Positions 1 through 15,880 of a stretch of 64,000 nt of DNA are shown here, piece by piece; the stretch's first letter is position 1; every line of letters begins with the position of its first letter. The notes below the pieces were generated by a model. That model was not told the origin of the DNA. It did not search any database and worked only from the letters and a program-made list of their open reading frames with translations. The stretch comes from the human T2T-CHM13v2.0 reference genome, Homo sapiens, in the NCBI RefSeq assembly GCF_009914755.1, contig NC_060934.1; one strand, given 5' to 3'. A program made the position numbers and the translations under genes.

Positions 1-2219
<2,219 letters not shown>

Positions 2220-2317
2220 CTGTAATCCCAGCTACTCAGGAGGCTGAAGCAGGAGAATCGCTTGAACCTGGGAGTCAGAGGCTGCAGTGAAGCGAGATCG
2301 CAACATTGCATTCCAGC
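2220..2317 (-). mobile_element. Exonised Alu segment (98 nt), antisense in the retrocopied mRNA
   Basis: Transcript strand reads GCTGGAATGCAATG...GCTGGGATTACAG. Both ends fall at the usual antisense-Alu splice positions (after ..CCAG and at GATTACAG|gt) with no Alu sequence on either side. Confidence 0.85.
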
Positions 2318-3019
2318 CTGAAGTGCTGCTGTAGGTACTATGGCTCCTGAAGTTGCTTTCCCTGCAGTAACTGGAGTCCTCCTCGTCGTCTTCCAGCTCC
2401 TCCGGGTAAGGGTAATCGAAGTCATCGTCGTCCTCCTCCATCTCATCCTCCTAGTTGTCCTCAGACTCCTGGGTCTCCTCAGCGTCGCCGTACTCCTCCT
2501 CCTCGCTCTTGAGGTCATCGTATACCACTTTGTTAACGGCCGAGGGCCTCGGTGGTGCACGCCAGGTGGCTGCCCCAGCCCCGCCGCCCCCGCCGCCGCC
2601 GCCAGGGGCGCTGGTGTGTGTGGTGTGGTGTGCGTGTGTGGGGGCGGAAGGCAGCGGCAGCTTCCGCCAACTACTGCTGCCCACCCTGGCCGAGCTCAGC
2701 CGCGTCTTGGGCGCCACCTCATCCTGGCGGCGGCCCACCTGCCCCGGCTGCTACTGCGTTGCCGCTAGCTGAGCCCCCGATGGGTTCGGACGTGTGCGGC
2801 GGCGGCGGCTGAGACTGGGGGAGAAGGGAAAGCGGACGAGGAGCGGCGGGCGCAGTGGAGGCAGTGGGGAGCGCCGGGGCCTGACGAGGAGGCCCGAGGG
2901 GCCGGGCGCCTGGGCGGTAGAGACCCGGCCTGCCGAAGCGGGTGGAGGGAGAAGGCTCAATCCGAATCGCTGGGGCCCCACTCTGGATCACCTTCAGCCG
3001 CCATCTTGTTTCTTCCCGT
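2318..3019 (-). pseudogene. BPTF exon-1-derived segment, 5' end of the chimeric retrocopy
   Basis: Translates to EVAPKTRLSS, AVNKVVYDD, EEDDDDFDYPYPEELEDDEEDSSYCRESNFRSHSTYSST, matching the BPTF N-terminus, and ends at ..CAG where BPTF exon 1 ends. GC/CpG rich, with 5' UTR GAAACAAGATGGCGGCTGAAGG. Confidence 0.88.
2997..3007 (-). promoter_or_regulatory. YY1-type motif AAGATGGCGGC at the 5' end of the retrocopy
   Basis: Plus strand GCCGCCATCTT is the YY1 consensus, commonly found at CpG-island transcription starts. Confidence 0.55.
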
Positions 3020-3093
3020 TCAATATACTAATGATTCTTAAATCCATGTAGATTTCAAGAAAAAAAAATCAATATATATATAGTCTTAATTCC

Positions 3094-3379
3094 AGCCGCG
3101 CATGGTGGCTCACGCCTGTAATCCCAGTACTTTGGGAGGCCGAGGCGGGTGGATCACGAGGTCAAGAGATCAAGACCATCCTTGCCAACATGGTGAAACC
3201 CCGTCTCTATTAAAAATACAAAAATTAGTCGGGTATGGTGGTGGGCGCCTGCAGTCCCAGCTACTCGGGAGGCTGAGGCAGAAGGATCACTTGAACCCGG
3301 GAGGCGGAGGTTGCAGTTGAGCCACTGTACTCCAGCCTGGCGACAGAGCTATACTCTGTCTCAAAAAAAAAAAAAAAAA
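3094..3379 (+). mobile_element. Alu (S/Y-type), full length
   Basis: Dimeric Alu with A-rich linker and poly(A) tail. Confidence 0.92.
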
Positions 3380-3800
3380 GCCGCAGTTGGACTCATGGAG
3401 CCCTGGGGAAATCTTCTCAAGATGCAAAGGAGGTACTATGCCAAAAGAGACATTCTGAAAGCAGGAGGCATCATCTTTTATACATATTCAATCACAGATC
3501 TTTATATAGTAGTTCTTCATAGGAAGAATCTACAGGAAACTGAGAGGTAGAAACAGGAGTGTCCCCAGTTACAAATGCTCCCAATAATCTTCTAAGGTTT
3601 TCCTGTGCTTCTCATCACTGCAGCTCTGGGATCTGGAAGGCAGGCAAGTCCTGTTCTCTAAAGGTTATGGGTTGGGTGCTTTAGATTCTTTGGGTCCAGT
3701 AACCAAAAGACAAGAAATACATCACCACTGGGGCAGGATTCATATACTCTGATCAGCAGGAGGCGGCGGGGCTGCTTTTCCACAAAAGAAGCAGAGATAA

Positions 3801-4181
<381 letters not shown>

Positions 4182-4298
4182 TATCTTCCTTAATTCTATT
4201 GTGTGTTGAGAAGTTTATTAACTTTCCCAAATAGTCGATTATTTATTTATAGGTTAGATTTATCTTCTTATAGTAATTTCACTTGGAGGATAAATTTT

Positions 4299-5288
4299 AT
4301 TTCTTTTTATTACACTTTTAAGTTCTGGGATACGTGTACAGAACGTGCAGGTTGGTTGCACAGGTATACGTGTGGCATGGTGGTTTGCTGCATCCATCAA
4401 CCCGTCATCTACATTAGGTATTTCTCCTAATGTTATCCCTCCTGTACTTCCCCACTCCCCGACAGGCCCCAGTATGTGGTGTTCCACTCCTTGTGTCCAT
4501 GTGTTCTCATTGTTCAACTCCCACTTATGAGTGATGTATCTCAAAATAATAAGAGCTATTTATGACAAACCCATAGCCAATATTATACTGAATGGGCAAA
4601 AGCTGGAAGCATTCCATTTGAAAACCGACACAAGACAAGGATGCCCTCTCTCACCACTCCTATTCTACATAGTATTGGGCGTTCTGGCCAAGGCAATCAG
4701 GCAAGAGAAAGAAATAAAGGGTATTCAAATAGGAAGAGAGGAAGTCAAATTGTCTCTGTTTGCAGATGACATGATTGTATATTTGGAAAACCCATCGTCT
4801 CAGCCCAAAATCTCCTTAAGCTGATAAGCAACTTCAGCAAAGTCTCAGGATACAAAAGCAATGTGCAGAAATCTCAAGCATTCTATACACCAAAAATAGA
4901 GATCCAAATCATGAGTGAACTCCCATTCACAATTGCTACAAAGAGAATAAAATACCTAGGAATCCAACTTACAAGGGATGTGAAGGACCTCTTCAAGGAG
5001 AACTACAAACCACTGCTCAAGGAAATAAAAGAGGACATAAACAAATGGAAACATTCCATGCTCATGAATAGGAAGAATCAATATCATGAAAATGGCCATA
5101 CTGCCCAAAGTAATTTACAGATTCAATGCTATCCCCATCAAGCTACCATTGATTTGCTTCACAGAATTAGAAAAAACTACTTTAAATTTCTTATGGAACC
5201 AAAAAAGAGCCCGTATAGCCAAGACAATCCTGAGCAAAAAGAACAAAGCTGGAGGCATCACGCTACCTGACTTCAAACTATACTACAA
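4299..5288 (-). mobile_element. 5'-inverted (twin-primed) truncated L1PA
   Basis: 4299-4531 is the L1 3' UTR and tail on the minus strand; 4532-5288 is ORF2 RT sequence ([18 protein letters not shown]) on the plus strand. Degenerate 14-bp TSD at 4285-4298 and 5289-5302, followed by TTTT/AA. Confidence 0.85.
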
Positions 5289-6005
5289 GAAGGGTAAGTT
5301 TTAAAAATGTGAAGCACAATAATTTTTTGTTGACCTTTAAAAAGTATATTTTTAATTTGTAAGGTACAGTGTTAGATATTTTTACTAAAATAACACAATC
5401 ATTTGCACACTCTCTCATCTAATTACTCTGTTTTAGTTCCTATGAACCTGATTATAAACCAACAATATTTCTTTTGGTCTATTTATAAGCTTTTGTTTTT
5501 ATATTTGAATAAACATTTAATAAAAAAACCATTGTATAATTTTAAATTATAGACTCTACATTTACTCAAATAAAAATTTCTTCTCTCTTCTGATAAACCT
5601 ATTTCTGACTAGCATTTCTCTAGTTTATATATCTATAATCACAGCTGTTTCCTATACTAATATAATCTTTTCTGCACATATACTGAGGGTGTCTTATTTA
5701 AAATATATCAAAAAATATTTTAACAACCTAAGAGTTATTGTTTTCTAATTGTGGAGTATAGTTTTTATTTTTTTCATTCTTTATTGTTGAAGATGCTTAT
5801 TCTTTTTCATAATTTACTATACTTTTTTTTTTTTTTGAGACAGAGTTTTTGTGCTGTTGCCCAGGCTATATACCTATTAGCATAAGCCCCTTTCTCACTG
5901 GTTGCAAGCCTAAGCTTCTCTGCAGGTAGAAGCTCCTTTAGGCGAAACTATTCAATTCCCAACAACTTTTGCACTTTCAAAAAGAGAAGAAAAGAACCCA
6001 AAACA

Positions 6006-6305
6006 GGCCAGGTGCAGTGGCTCACACCTGTAATCCTAGCATTTTGGGAGGCCTAGGTGGGCGGATCACTTGAGGTCAGGAGTTTGAGACCAGCCTGGCC
6101 CACATGGTGAAACCCTGTCTCTACTAAAAGTACAAAAATTAGCTGGGCATGGTGGCACATGTTTGTAATCCCAGCTACTCAGGAAGCTGAGGCCGGAGGA
6201 TCACTTGAACCCAGGAGGCAAAGGTTGCAGTGAGCTGGGAGGCACAGGTTGCAGTAAGCAGAGATAGCACTCCAGCCTAGGTGACAGAGCCAGACTCCAT
6301 CCCCC
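6006..6305 (+). mobile_element. AluS with an internal duplication, interrupted just before its tail by LTR12
   Basis: Alu consensus with GGAGGC..AGGTTGCAGT doubled at ~6215-6257; A-rich remainder resumes at ~8004. Confidence 0.85.
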
Positions 6306-6754
6306 TGAGAGACGACAACACGCTAGCAGCCCTTGCTCGCTCTCCGTGCCTCCTTGGCCTCAGCCTCCACTCTGGCCACGCTTGAGGAGCCCTTCAGCCC
6401 GCCGTTGCACTGTGGGAGCCCCTGTCTGGGCTGGCCGAGGCCTGAGCCAGCTCCCTCTGCTTGCCGGAAGGTGTGGAGGGAGAGGCCTGGAAGGAGAGGC
6501 GCGGGTGGGAACTGGGGCTGCGCAGGGCACTCGCGGGCCAGCGTGAGTTCCGGGTGGGCGTGGGCTCGGCAGGACCTGCACTTGGAGTGCCCAGGGCAGT
6601 GAGGGGCTTAGCACCAAGCCAGCAGCTGCGGAGGATGCCCCGGGTCCCCCTAGCACTGCCGGCCTGCGCGCACCACTCTCGAATTCTCACTGGGCCTCAG
6701 CCGCCTACCCGCGGGTCAGGGCTCAGGACCTGCAGCCTGCGGCATATGCCCAAA

Positions 6755-6950
6755 TCCCCCCCGCGCCCCCCACCCCCGCTCCCGCCCCGCCCCCCCCGCC
6801 CCGCCCCCCCCGCTCCCGCCCCGCCCCCCCCGCTCCCGCCCCGCCCCCCCCGCTCCCGCCCGGCCCCCCCCCCCCGCTCCCGCCCCCCGGCTCCCGCCCC
6901 GCTTCCCCCACCCCCTCTTCCCCCGCTCCTCCCCTGGCTCCTCCCCGCCA
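6755..6950. repeat. C-rich VNTR inside LTR12, 20-bp unit CCGCCCCCCCCGCTCCCGCC
   Basis: Near-exact 20-bp period across 6801-6870 within ~190 bp of almost pure C/G. Confidence 0.85.
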
Positions 6951-7149
6951 TGGGCGCACTGCCCACTGCTCTGCAGCGCCAGATCCCATTGACCCCTCAA
7001 GGGCTAAGGAGTGCCCGCGCACCGCCTGGGACTGAAGGTCAGCTCCGCCCGCGGCCCATGGCGCAGGATCCACCAGGCCTATGTAAAGCCAGCTGGGCTC
7101 CTGAGTCGCTTGGCGACTTGGAGAACTTTTATGTCTAGCTGGAGGATTG

Positions 7150-7555
7150 TATATGCACCAATCAGCACTCTACGTCTAGCTCCAGGGGTTTGTGGATGCA
7201 CCAATCAGCACTCTGTATCTAGCTAATCTGGTGGGGACTTGGAGAACTTTTATGTCAAGCTAGAGAATTGTAAACGCACCAATCAGCACTGTGTCTAGCT
7301 AAAGGTTTGTAAATGCACCAATCAGTGCTCTGTGTCTAGCTAATCTAGTGGGGACTTGGAGAACTTTTATGTCTAGCTAGAGGATTGTAAATGCACCAAT
7401 CAGCACTCTGTGTCTAGCTCAGGGATTGTAAACACTAATCAGCACCCTGTCAAAACGGACCAATCAGCTCTCTGTAAAACGGACCAATCAGCTTTCTTTA
7501 AAATGGACCAATCTGCAGGATGTGGGTGGGGCCAGATAAGGGAATAAAAGCAGGT
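7150..7555 (+). promoter_or_regulatory. LTR12 enhancer/promoter: about 8 CCAAT (NF-Y) boxes, a GATA site and a TATA-like AATAAAAG
   Basis: Repeated GCACCAATCAG / GGACCAATC motifs; GATAAG at ~7535 and AATAAAAG at ~7543. Confidence 0.75.
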
Positions 7556-8689
7556 TGCCTGCGCTAGCCACCACAGCTTACTGTGGTCGTCTTCCTCACG
7601 GTGTGTTTTGTTCTTTCCGCTTTTTGCAATAACTGTTGTTGCTGCTGAGTCTTTGGGGCTGTGCTGTCTTTGTGAGCTGTAACACTCACTGTGAAGGTTT
7701 GCGGCTACACTCCTGAAGGCAGTGAGACCACTAACCCACCAGGAGGAACAAACAACTCCAGACGCGCACCGCTTTTATGAACTGTAACACTCATCATGAA
7801 GGTCTGCAGCTTCGTTCCTGAGGCCAGCAAGACCACAAACCCACCGGAAGGAAGAAACTCCAGACACGTCTGAACATCTAAAGGAACAAACTCCAGACGC
7901 ACCATCTTTAAGAACTGTTAACACTCACCGCCAGGGTCTGCGGCTTCATTCTTCAAGTCAGCGAGGCCAAGAACCCAGCAATTCTGGACACACCCGACCC
8001 TCCAAAAAACTGAAAATAAAGGACAAATATTTAGGTCTCATATCCCTACATGTTTGCAGGAAGGTTCTGCTTTGAGCTGTATCCGTATAATGACAGGTGA
8101 TATCCTGAGGACATTCCACATTTGCCTCTTTGGCATCTGGAAAAGAATCCAGTTTCAATTCCGAAACATCCCATCATCCTAAATGCTCTGGCACTGGCCC
8201 CTAAGCACAGTCTCCCTCCACCCCAAGATAGTGCATTCTTCCCCACCCACCCCCGCCTCAATATTCCTACTCCCTTGTCCCTCACTGGTTTTCCAGTTGG
8301 GACTCTTGCTGGTAGGGTGTCTAGAGGTGGGGTCAAAACCATCTTAATGGACAAAGGTAAAAGCCATTTAAAAAAAGAGATGGGGGACGTGTTTTCATTT
8401 CACTCCGATCCTCTGCCCTATTGAAGAGCGCTTTCTGCTTTCCAGGTGAGTATCAGAGTATTCTAACATATTCGTTTTTTGGAGAGAAACATGTAAGCCT
8501 CAAATATCCTAGGAGAAGCCCTATGCTATTTGGGGGTACTCAGTGAAGATTTCAGGTACATACAACGCACTTGTCTGGAAGCCTGTGGAGAAATGTAAAA
8601 AGGGTTTCTAAGGAATATTTTCTCTTTCCTTTCTGCTCTATTTTAAGTTTCTGCTAACTTGCCCCCGACCCCACAACTGCTCACGACCT

Positions 8690-9560
8690 TCGTGAAGGTC
8701 AACCTTTCCTACCGCGTGGAGTGAGTTGGGATGCATACTGGGGAGTTGTATAAGAGTGTCTGAGAAAGGGAAATGCAGAGTTGAATAAAAGTGTTTCCCG
8801 GGAGGGGCCGAGTGGAAAGCAGCAGGTGGCCGGCGCGGGTGGAACCCAGCGCGGGCGCAGAGCGTCTCTGGCGTGGGCATTCGGTGCAGCGAGTCCGCGG
8901 GAATCTTGGATGCGCGGAGGTCCCCGGACCGCGGTGACGGACGGGGCTGCGATCGTGGCCGGTGAGACTGGGAGCGGAGGGCTGGGGCGGCGCCCGAGGG
9001 AGGGCACAAACCCGGGAGGCCTCAGCCGACGGCGCAGCTTTACGCGGCCGTAGGGCGCCCGGGGTTGAGTGGTGTCCTAGCAACAGGTGGGCGCCGACTG
9101 CGGCGGGGCAGGGCGCTGCAGGTGACTTCGGCCGGGGGTCCCCAGGCCCACCCCATGGGGGCTCTGCAGCCGGCCGCGTAGATCGGGAAACCGGGGCCGC
9201 TCTCCGGCCCCGCCGCTGCTGCTCTCGCCTGCTTCCCTTTCCCTCCCGGGGGCCGAGACCTGCCCCCTCCCCTTTTCTCTCCCAGGCCCATCTCGCTCCT
9301 TCCTCCCCGCGAGACCCTGCCTCGGCCCTCGGTTGGGGACCGTCTGCTCCTCAGTCCCTGCGCCCCTCTCTGCACTACCCTGGACCCATCACCTCCCGGA
9401 TCGGTTCTCCACTTACCCCGCTGTTTCCCTGTCTCTCCTTCCGCGAGCCCATCTTTCTCCTTCGCCCTTGCAGCTCGGCCTCCCGCTCCCAACGTGGTGT
9501 TCGCCGTCACTTCCCACCTCGTCCCTTTACCGAATCCATTCTTGGAAACTTAGGGTCTCA
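8690..9560 (+). promoter_or_regulatory. CpG island: duplicated ODAD2 promoter and probable non-coding exon 1
   Basis: Dense CpG, ~4 kb upstream of the ODAD2 ATG exon; candidate donors CAG|GTGGGC at 9086 and CAG|GTGACT at 9121. Confidence 0.75.
9072..9084 (+). promoter_or_regulatory. RFX X-box-like motif GTGTCCTAGCAAC
   Basis: Fits the GTNNCC-TAGCAAC X-box typical of ciliary gene promoters. Confidence 0.6.
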
Positions 9561-10227
9561 GCTCTGACGCCCCCTTCTTGTAACGAGTCTGGTGGGGGCC
9601 GTCATCCCACACTAGGCTTAGCTTTGATTTTACTTAGGGCCCTGTTCATGCCAGTTCTAAAAGTTCGATTTTCTGTAGGTCTTACTGAGTAACTTCTGCA
9701 TTCTCAGAAAGCCGTGTATGCGCGGACTCCCGGTGGATGTTACCAATCACATTCATAGATCTCAGAGCTGATGGCTGCCTTTCCATAGCCCCCTAAAGAA
9801 TTCGGTCGTGCTTCTGCATAAGTGTTAACGACATGATTCCCGAATGGGTTTTATTTCACTAATGATGCTGGAAGCTTAAAATTGACCATTAGAAAGAAAA
9901 ACAATCTATGGTATCTATTGGATAGAGAGAAAAATGAGTGTTAACTGATTCCCAGTTTATGTAAACACGTAATCAAAGCTTTTTCCTTTTTAATCTTTAA
10001 ACTTATTTTCTTTACTTCAAAGGTATGTGCTATTTACATGGATTCATTTTAACTATGGTTCTTAAGCCAAAAGAGCTAATGGATTGGCAATGGGTAGGAA
10101 CTGGGGAGCAACTGCTTTTGATTTTAAAATCTTAGTTTTGAGTTATACCGACCATTTTGGAACACCATTTATTTATTTTCTAATAACATTGAACTTGCCT
10201 TCTGGATTGTCATAGGCCACCCTGAGG

Positions 10228-10530
10228 GTTTTTTTTTTTTTTTTCTTTTTGAGATGGAGTCCACTCTGTCGCATAGGCTGGCGTGCAGTGGCGCGATCTC
10301 GGCTAACTGCAACCTCCACCTCCCTGGGTTCAAATGACTCTCCTGTCTCAGCCTCCTCAGTAGCTGGGATTACAGGCGCGCGCCACCAAGCTGGCTAATT
10401 TTTGTATTTTTAGTAGAGACGGGCTTTTCACCATGTTGGTCAGGCTGGTCTTGAACTACTGACCTCGTGATCCACCCGCCTTGGCCTCCCAAAGTGCTGG
10501 GATTACAGGCGTGAGCCACCGCGCCCGGCC
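10228..10530 (-). mobile_element. AluS with TSD
   Basis: Antisense Alu flanked by CACCCTGAGG on both sides. Confidence 0.92.
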
Positions 10531-13015
10531 TCACCCTGAGGTTTTCTTAAGCTGACCAACCTTCTTTAATAAAACTGTGCATTGCTACCGTTCACTGGAC
10601 TTGGAAATACAATTTGAGTAGATTCAAATGCTACATTTCTGTCAAAATTTATCTTGACGGAAATAAGAACGATTTTGCATTTCTTAGTTCTGTGCTAAGG
10701 GTCCTTCAAGAAGTTACTATATGGTATATTGACTAGTATAGCGTTAATAATCTGTTTAATTTCACATTTTTTCTTTAAAAATGTGCAAGAAGCAATCTTT
10801 ATAAGATTACCAAAACAAATGTTATGCTTAAGATTAAAGACGAGCTGTTCACCTGTCTTTCTGTGTAAGATAAAGCTATTTGCAGTTATTTTACACTATT
10901 TTACACTTATTTGTGCTTATTTTATGCAACGTTGGGAAACGCAAGTCTCACACATACACATCAGAACATGTTTATGTGTTTAAAGCATTTCTCATCAGTT
11001 AGCAATAGAAACAAAATGCTGGAATACTAAAACAAACGCCCAGAACAAATTCGTGCACTAACTTCTACGCTTTATTTCATGAACACTTCGGTATATATGT
11101 CTGGATCAGTTGTTCTCGACCCTATCTGATCCAGTACTCGGTTTTTATAACAAAATTTTGTAATGCTGCTTTACGATCCTGAAATCAAGATCATAGATTA
11201 TAATCGTACATATTTAATAAAGTTTTCAATATCAATAGCGTGCTAACTATAAAGAAAATAATTGTAATAAAATATCAGCATGTAAACGCTTGAGTTACCA
11301 CTACGCTAGAGTATATAAGGAAGTAGTCAGATGTCCAGCCTTACACAGAATTACTGTAAACACAGCAGCCCCAAATGCAGACTGGTAACAGACGTGCCAT
11401 TGCAACTTAAATTTCTCAAATAACCTTGCTATCAATGATGTCTTGGTAAAATTCCATGTAAAACAAAGTATGTACTACCTTCCTTTCATTTATGAAAGCT
11501 ACAATTCTGGAAAATTCAGGGTATAATAAAACTGTGACAAAATACTTTGCGATTTTTGCAAAGTGTAGAAAAACTCTAGGCTCAGGTAGTGCTTATCTGA
11601 AGCTTTTCACTTATCAGATACCTGGAGGTTACAGCAGAATTCTTCCTTCTGAGGTACTGTCCTGCACAGAAGGGTATTTTACATCCTTGGTCCTCATCAC
11701 TAAAGGCTGATAATGCCCCCTTTCCTATCGTGTTGGTAACTAGACATCTCTATAATATTTCTATACTCTTATCAGCAGAAAGTACTGCCCTGTTGTGATC
11801 CAATGATCTCCTGTGATTGAATTTAATAGATAGTTCTAAGATTTAATACAGTGCAGAATGTAAAATCTCCAAGTCTAATCTTTGTACTTTGAGCCTTTGT
11901 AAAAATATAATGATCGGAAAAAACCTAATTTTATTCTATTTTTAATTGTATAACCATTCATCTAATATTATGGAAGAAATATTTTATCAACAAGTGTTAT
12001 TACAATGACAAAGGAAACAAATATAGCTTATCTGCAAAAAAAGCCTTAAATGTTCACTATAAATTAAAGTCAGAAGTTGCGTTCTAACTTGGCTCTTATT
12101 TAATGTTACAGATACTGTTATTTTTTAAAAGATCTTCTTTTACAGACTAATTTCTATTTAGCCAATGTGAAGTTTGTTTCACTTGAATTTGTTTTAAATT
12201 TTACTGCTAGACTCTTCCGGTAACTAATTTAGATAAAAAGGCAGAAAGACTCTCACTTATTCCTACCTCTCTCACATTAACTCTTAAGAAGGTTGCAAAT
12301 TACAGTAAAATGTCATTCTGGGCAGGATATATGGGCAGAGAATATAGTATTTGGATTGTCCAGATAGTCTGGTAATAGGATCAATGTTTCCTACATCAAT
12401 TTTCAGAAAAAAATTATATTTCACAATACTGTTCTTATTCTATTTCTTTTTTTTTTTTTTTATAACTCAGAAGGCACTTGGGGAAACCAGAGCTATCAGA
12501 ATCATGTTCTTCAGTCATCATTGTGATGATGCAGGTATTATCACTATAAGAAAGTCAGGATAACAATATTCAGTTTAATAGTATAATTCTAAACAATGTG
12601 AGTCCTGGCTCAAAGGAGCATTTGTCCTTGAAACTGCTGGCTCCCAACAGAGCTGTGAACAAAAGCCCTTAATGCCAACCTCTTCCACTTCTTTTTTTCC
12701 ACTCTTGGAGTTTTCTGTTTGGGTTTTATGCCTATCTGTTTGAATCCTCTCTCTAAGGCCCCAGGAAAATTAGAAAGAAGTTATTAATTTCAGAGCAGAC
12801 AAATACAAGAAAGTTCTTAAATACTAGTCAGTTTTACCTAGTGCTGGTTTACTACTTTATTGAACTGAAGAGCAATTAGATAATGTTAAAAGAATCTTCC
12901 AAGATTAATAAGCAGAATGTGGGATGGGGAGTACTAGTTTAAAGTCTTGAAAATGAAAAATGTTCCAAGGAAAAGGTGGACGCTATTGTCTCTTTCTCTT
13001 TCTGCTCTGATGTAG

Positions 13016-13274
<259 letters not shown>

Positions 13275-14417
13275 TAAGCCAGTTACTTGCTTCTAGGATT
13301 TGATATCTTCATTGTACATATTTTTATCGATTGGTTCTAGGTTTGGGGGCAAGTCACCTAACCTCTCTGAATCTCCGAAATCCTCTAAACCAGGGATTGC
13401 GAACCAGAAACACACCGGTGAAGTCTGAGGATATTCAACTTGGCCAACACAGTATCTTTCTAAGTTTTAAATTTAAAGTTTTTAAACACAATTTTAATTT
13501 TTAATTTTTGTGGGTAAATTTCTTTTGACAGGGTATACATTATCCAGGTCACTACACTGCCAACATCCATTGCTGCTTTATGCCTAGTCTTTCCACCCAT
13601 ATGTGTATATATATGTGTGTGTGTGTGTATATGTGTATATATATGTACTTTTTAGAGATAGGGTCTTGCTATGTCTCAAATTCCTGGCCTCAAGTGATCC
13701 TCCTGCCTCAGCCTTCTAAAATGCTAGGATTACAGGCATGAGCCACCACACCGGGTCATCCATATTCTTCTGAATTTTATTTCTATAAATGTGTGGGGTA
13801 CTTCCGTATTACCTGCCAGATGCCAGGAGCCATTGGTTCTGTGACCTCTGATGTAGGCGAAATCTCTTCTGGTATTTAAATTGATCAATTTCTGGGATAG
13901 CAGCAGGAGGTGTGGGGGGGTGATGAATGATGAATTTTGATTTTGCTCAATATAAGGGAGACACTTCTTAATAATTAGTGCTATCCTCAGATTAGAGCCT
14001 TTCAAATCTGAGATGAGAAAAAATTGCTCCATCTCAAACAGTGAACTATCAATCTATCTCATTCAAACATGGCTAATATATATATACCACACACATATGC
14101 ATAAATTATATGAACATAATTATAGTCGTATAAGAGTATTATTTCATTACACATAATTATACAATAAATAAGCTAACATTATGTGTGTGTACATATATAT
14201 ATATGTATTTTTTTTTCTTTTTGCCAGCCTCAGTTTATTTTGCACCTTAGGCATTCTATTTTCTACCACCTTGTTCTTCTTTGTTCTGGATATGAACTTT
14301 TAAAGTCCGATCATACCAAAAACAGTTCCCTAGCTAGCCAAGGCTTCCTGTAGATGCCTTTTCCGTTTTATCCCTTTGGGATTATTTGTGAGAATAAAGT
14401 CAGAATTTCAATTTTAG

Positions 14418-14817
<400 letters not shown>

Positions 14818-14976
14818 TGAGATCTTATTTTTTTTAATGGTGCATTTTATTTATAACTATGCAAATGGTAACTTTCTCCAGAAGTGCTTGTCATTTCTGT
14901 ATTGTTCAGCTTTTTTTTCCTAACCTTTGAAATATGATCTCCTACATAAAACCAATTAAACATATAATAACTATTC

Positions 14977-15335
<359 letters not shown>

Positions 15336-15420
15336 TAAAAATTACTGTTTTTACAAAAATGCATATAAAGCAGATGACAGAAAAGAATATCATGATTGTA
15401 ATTGTTTTGCCTCTGTATGA

Positions 15421-15880
<460 letters not shown>

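Larger units (their letters stand above)
6306..7992 (+). mobile_element. Solo ERV9 LTR (LTR12 family, LTR12E/C-like)
   Basis: TG...CA termini (TGAGAGACGACAAC..., ...TTCTGGACACA), GC-rich U3, CCAATCAGC repeats, AATAAAAG box and U5 repeats; flanks CCCC / CCCG fit a 4-bp TSD. Confidence 0.93.

Noticed and set aside
5823-5867. Very short Alu 3' fragment
   Set aside because: Consistent with an ordinary severely truncated Alu; I could not support anything further.
6333-7226. Pro-rich and Gly-rich ORFs up to 225 aa
   Set aside because: Produced by LTR12 U3 and its C-rich VNTR.
7120-7510. Regularly spaced repeats resembling a CRISPR-like array
   Set aside because: Standard LTR12 enhancer repeats in a eukaryotic genome; no unique spacers.
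8638-9692. ORFs of 100-200 aa in the CpG island
   Set aside because: Expected at high GC content; no recognisable protein.
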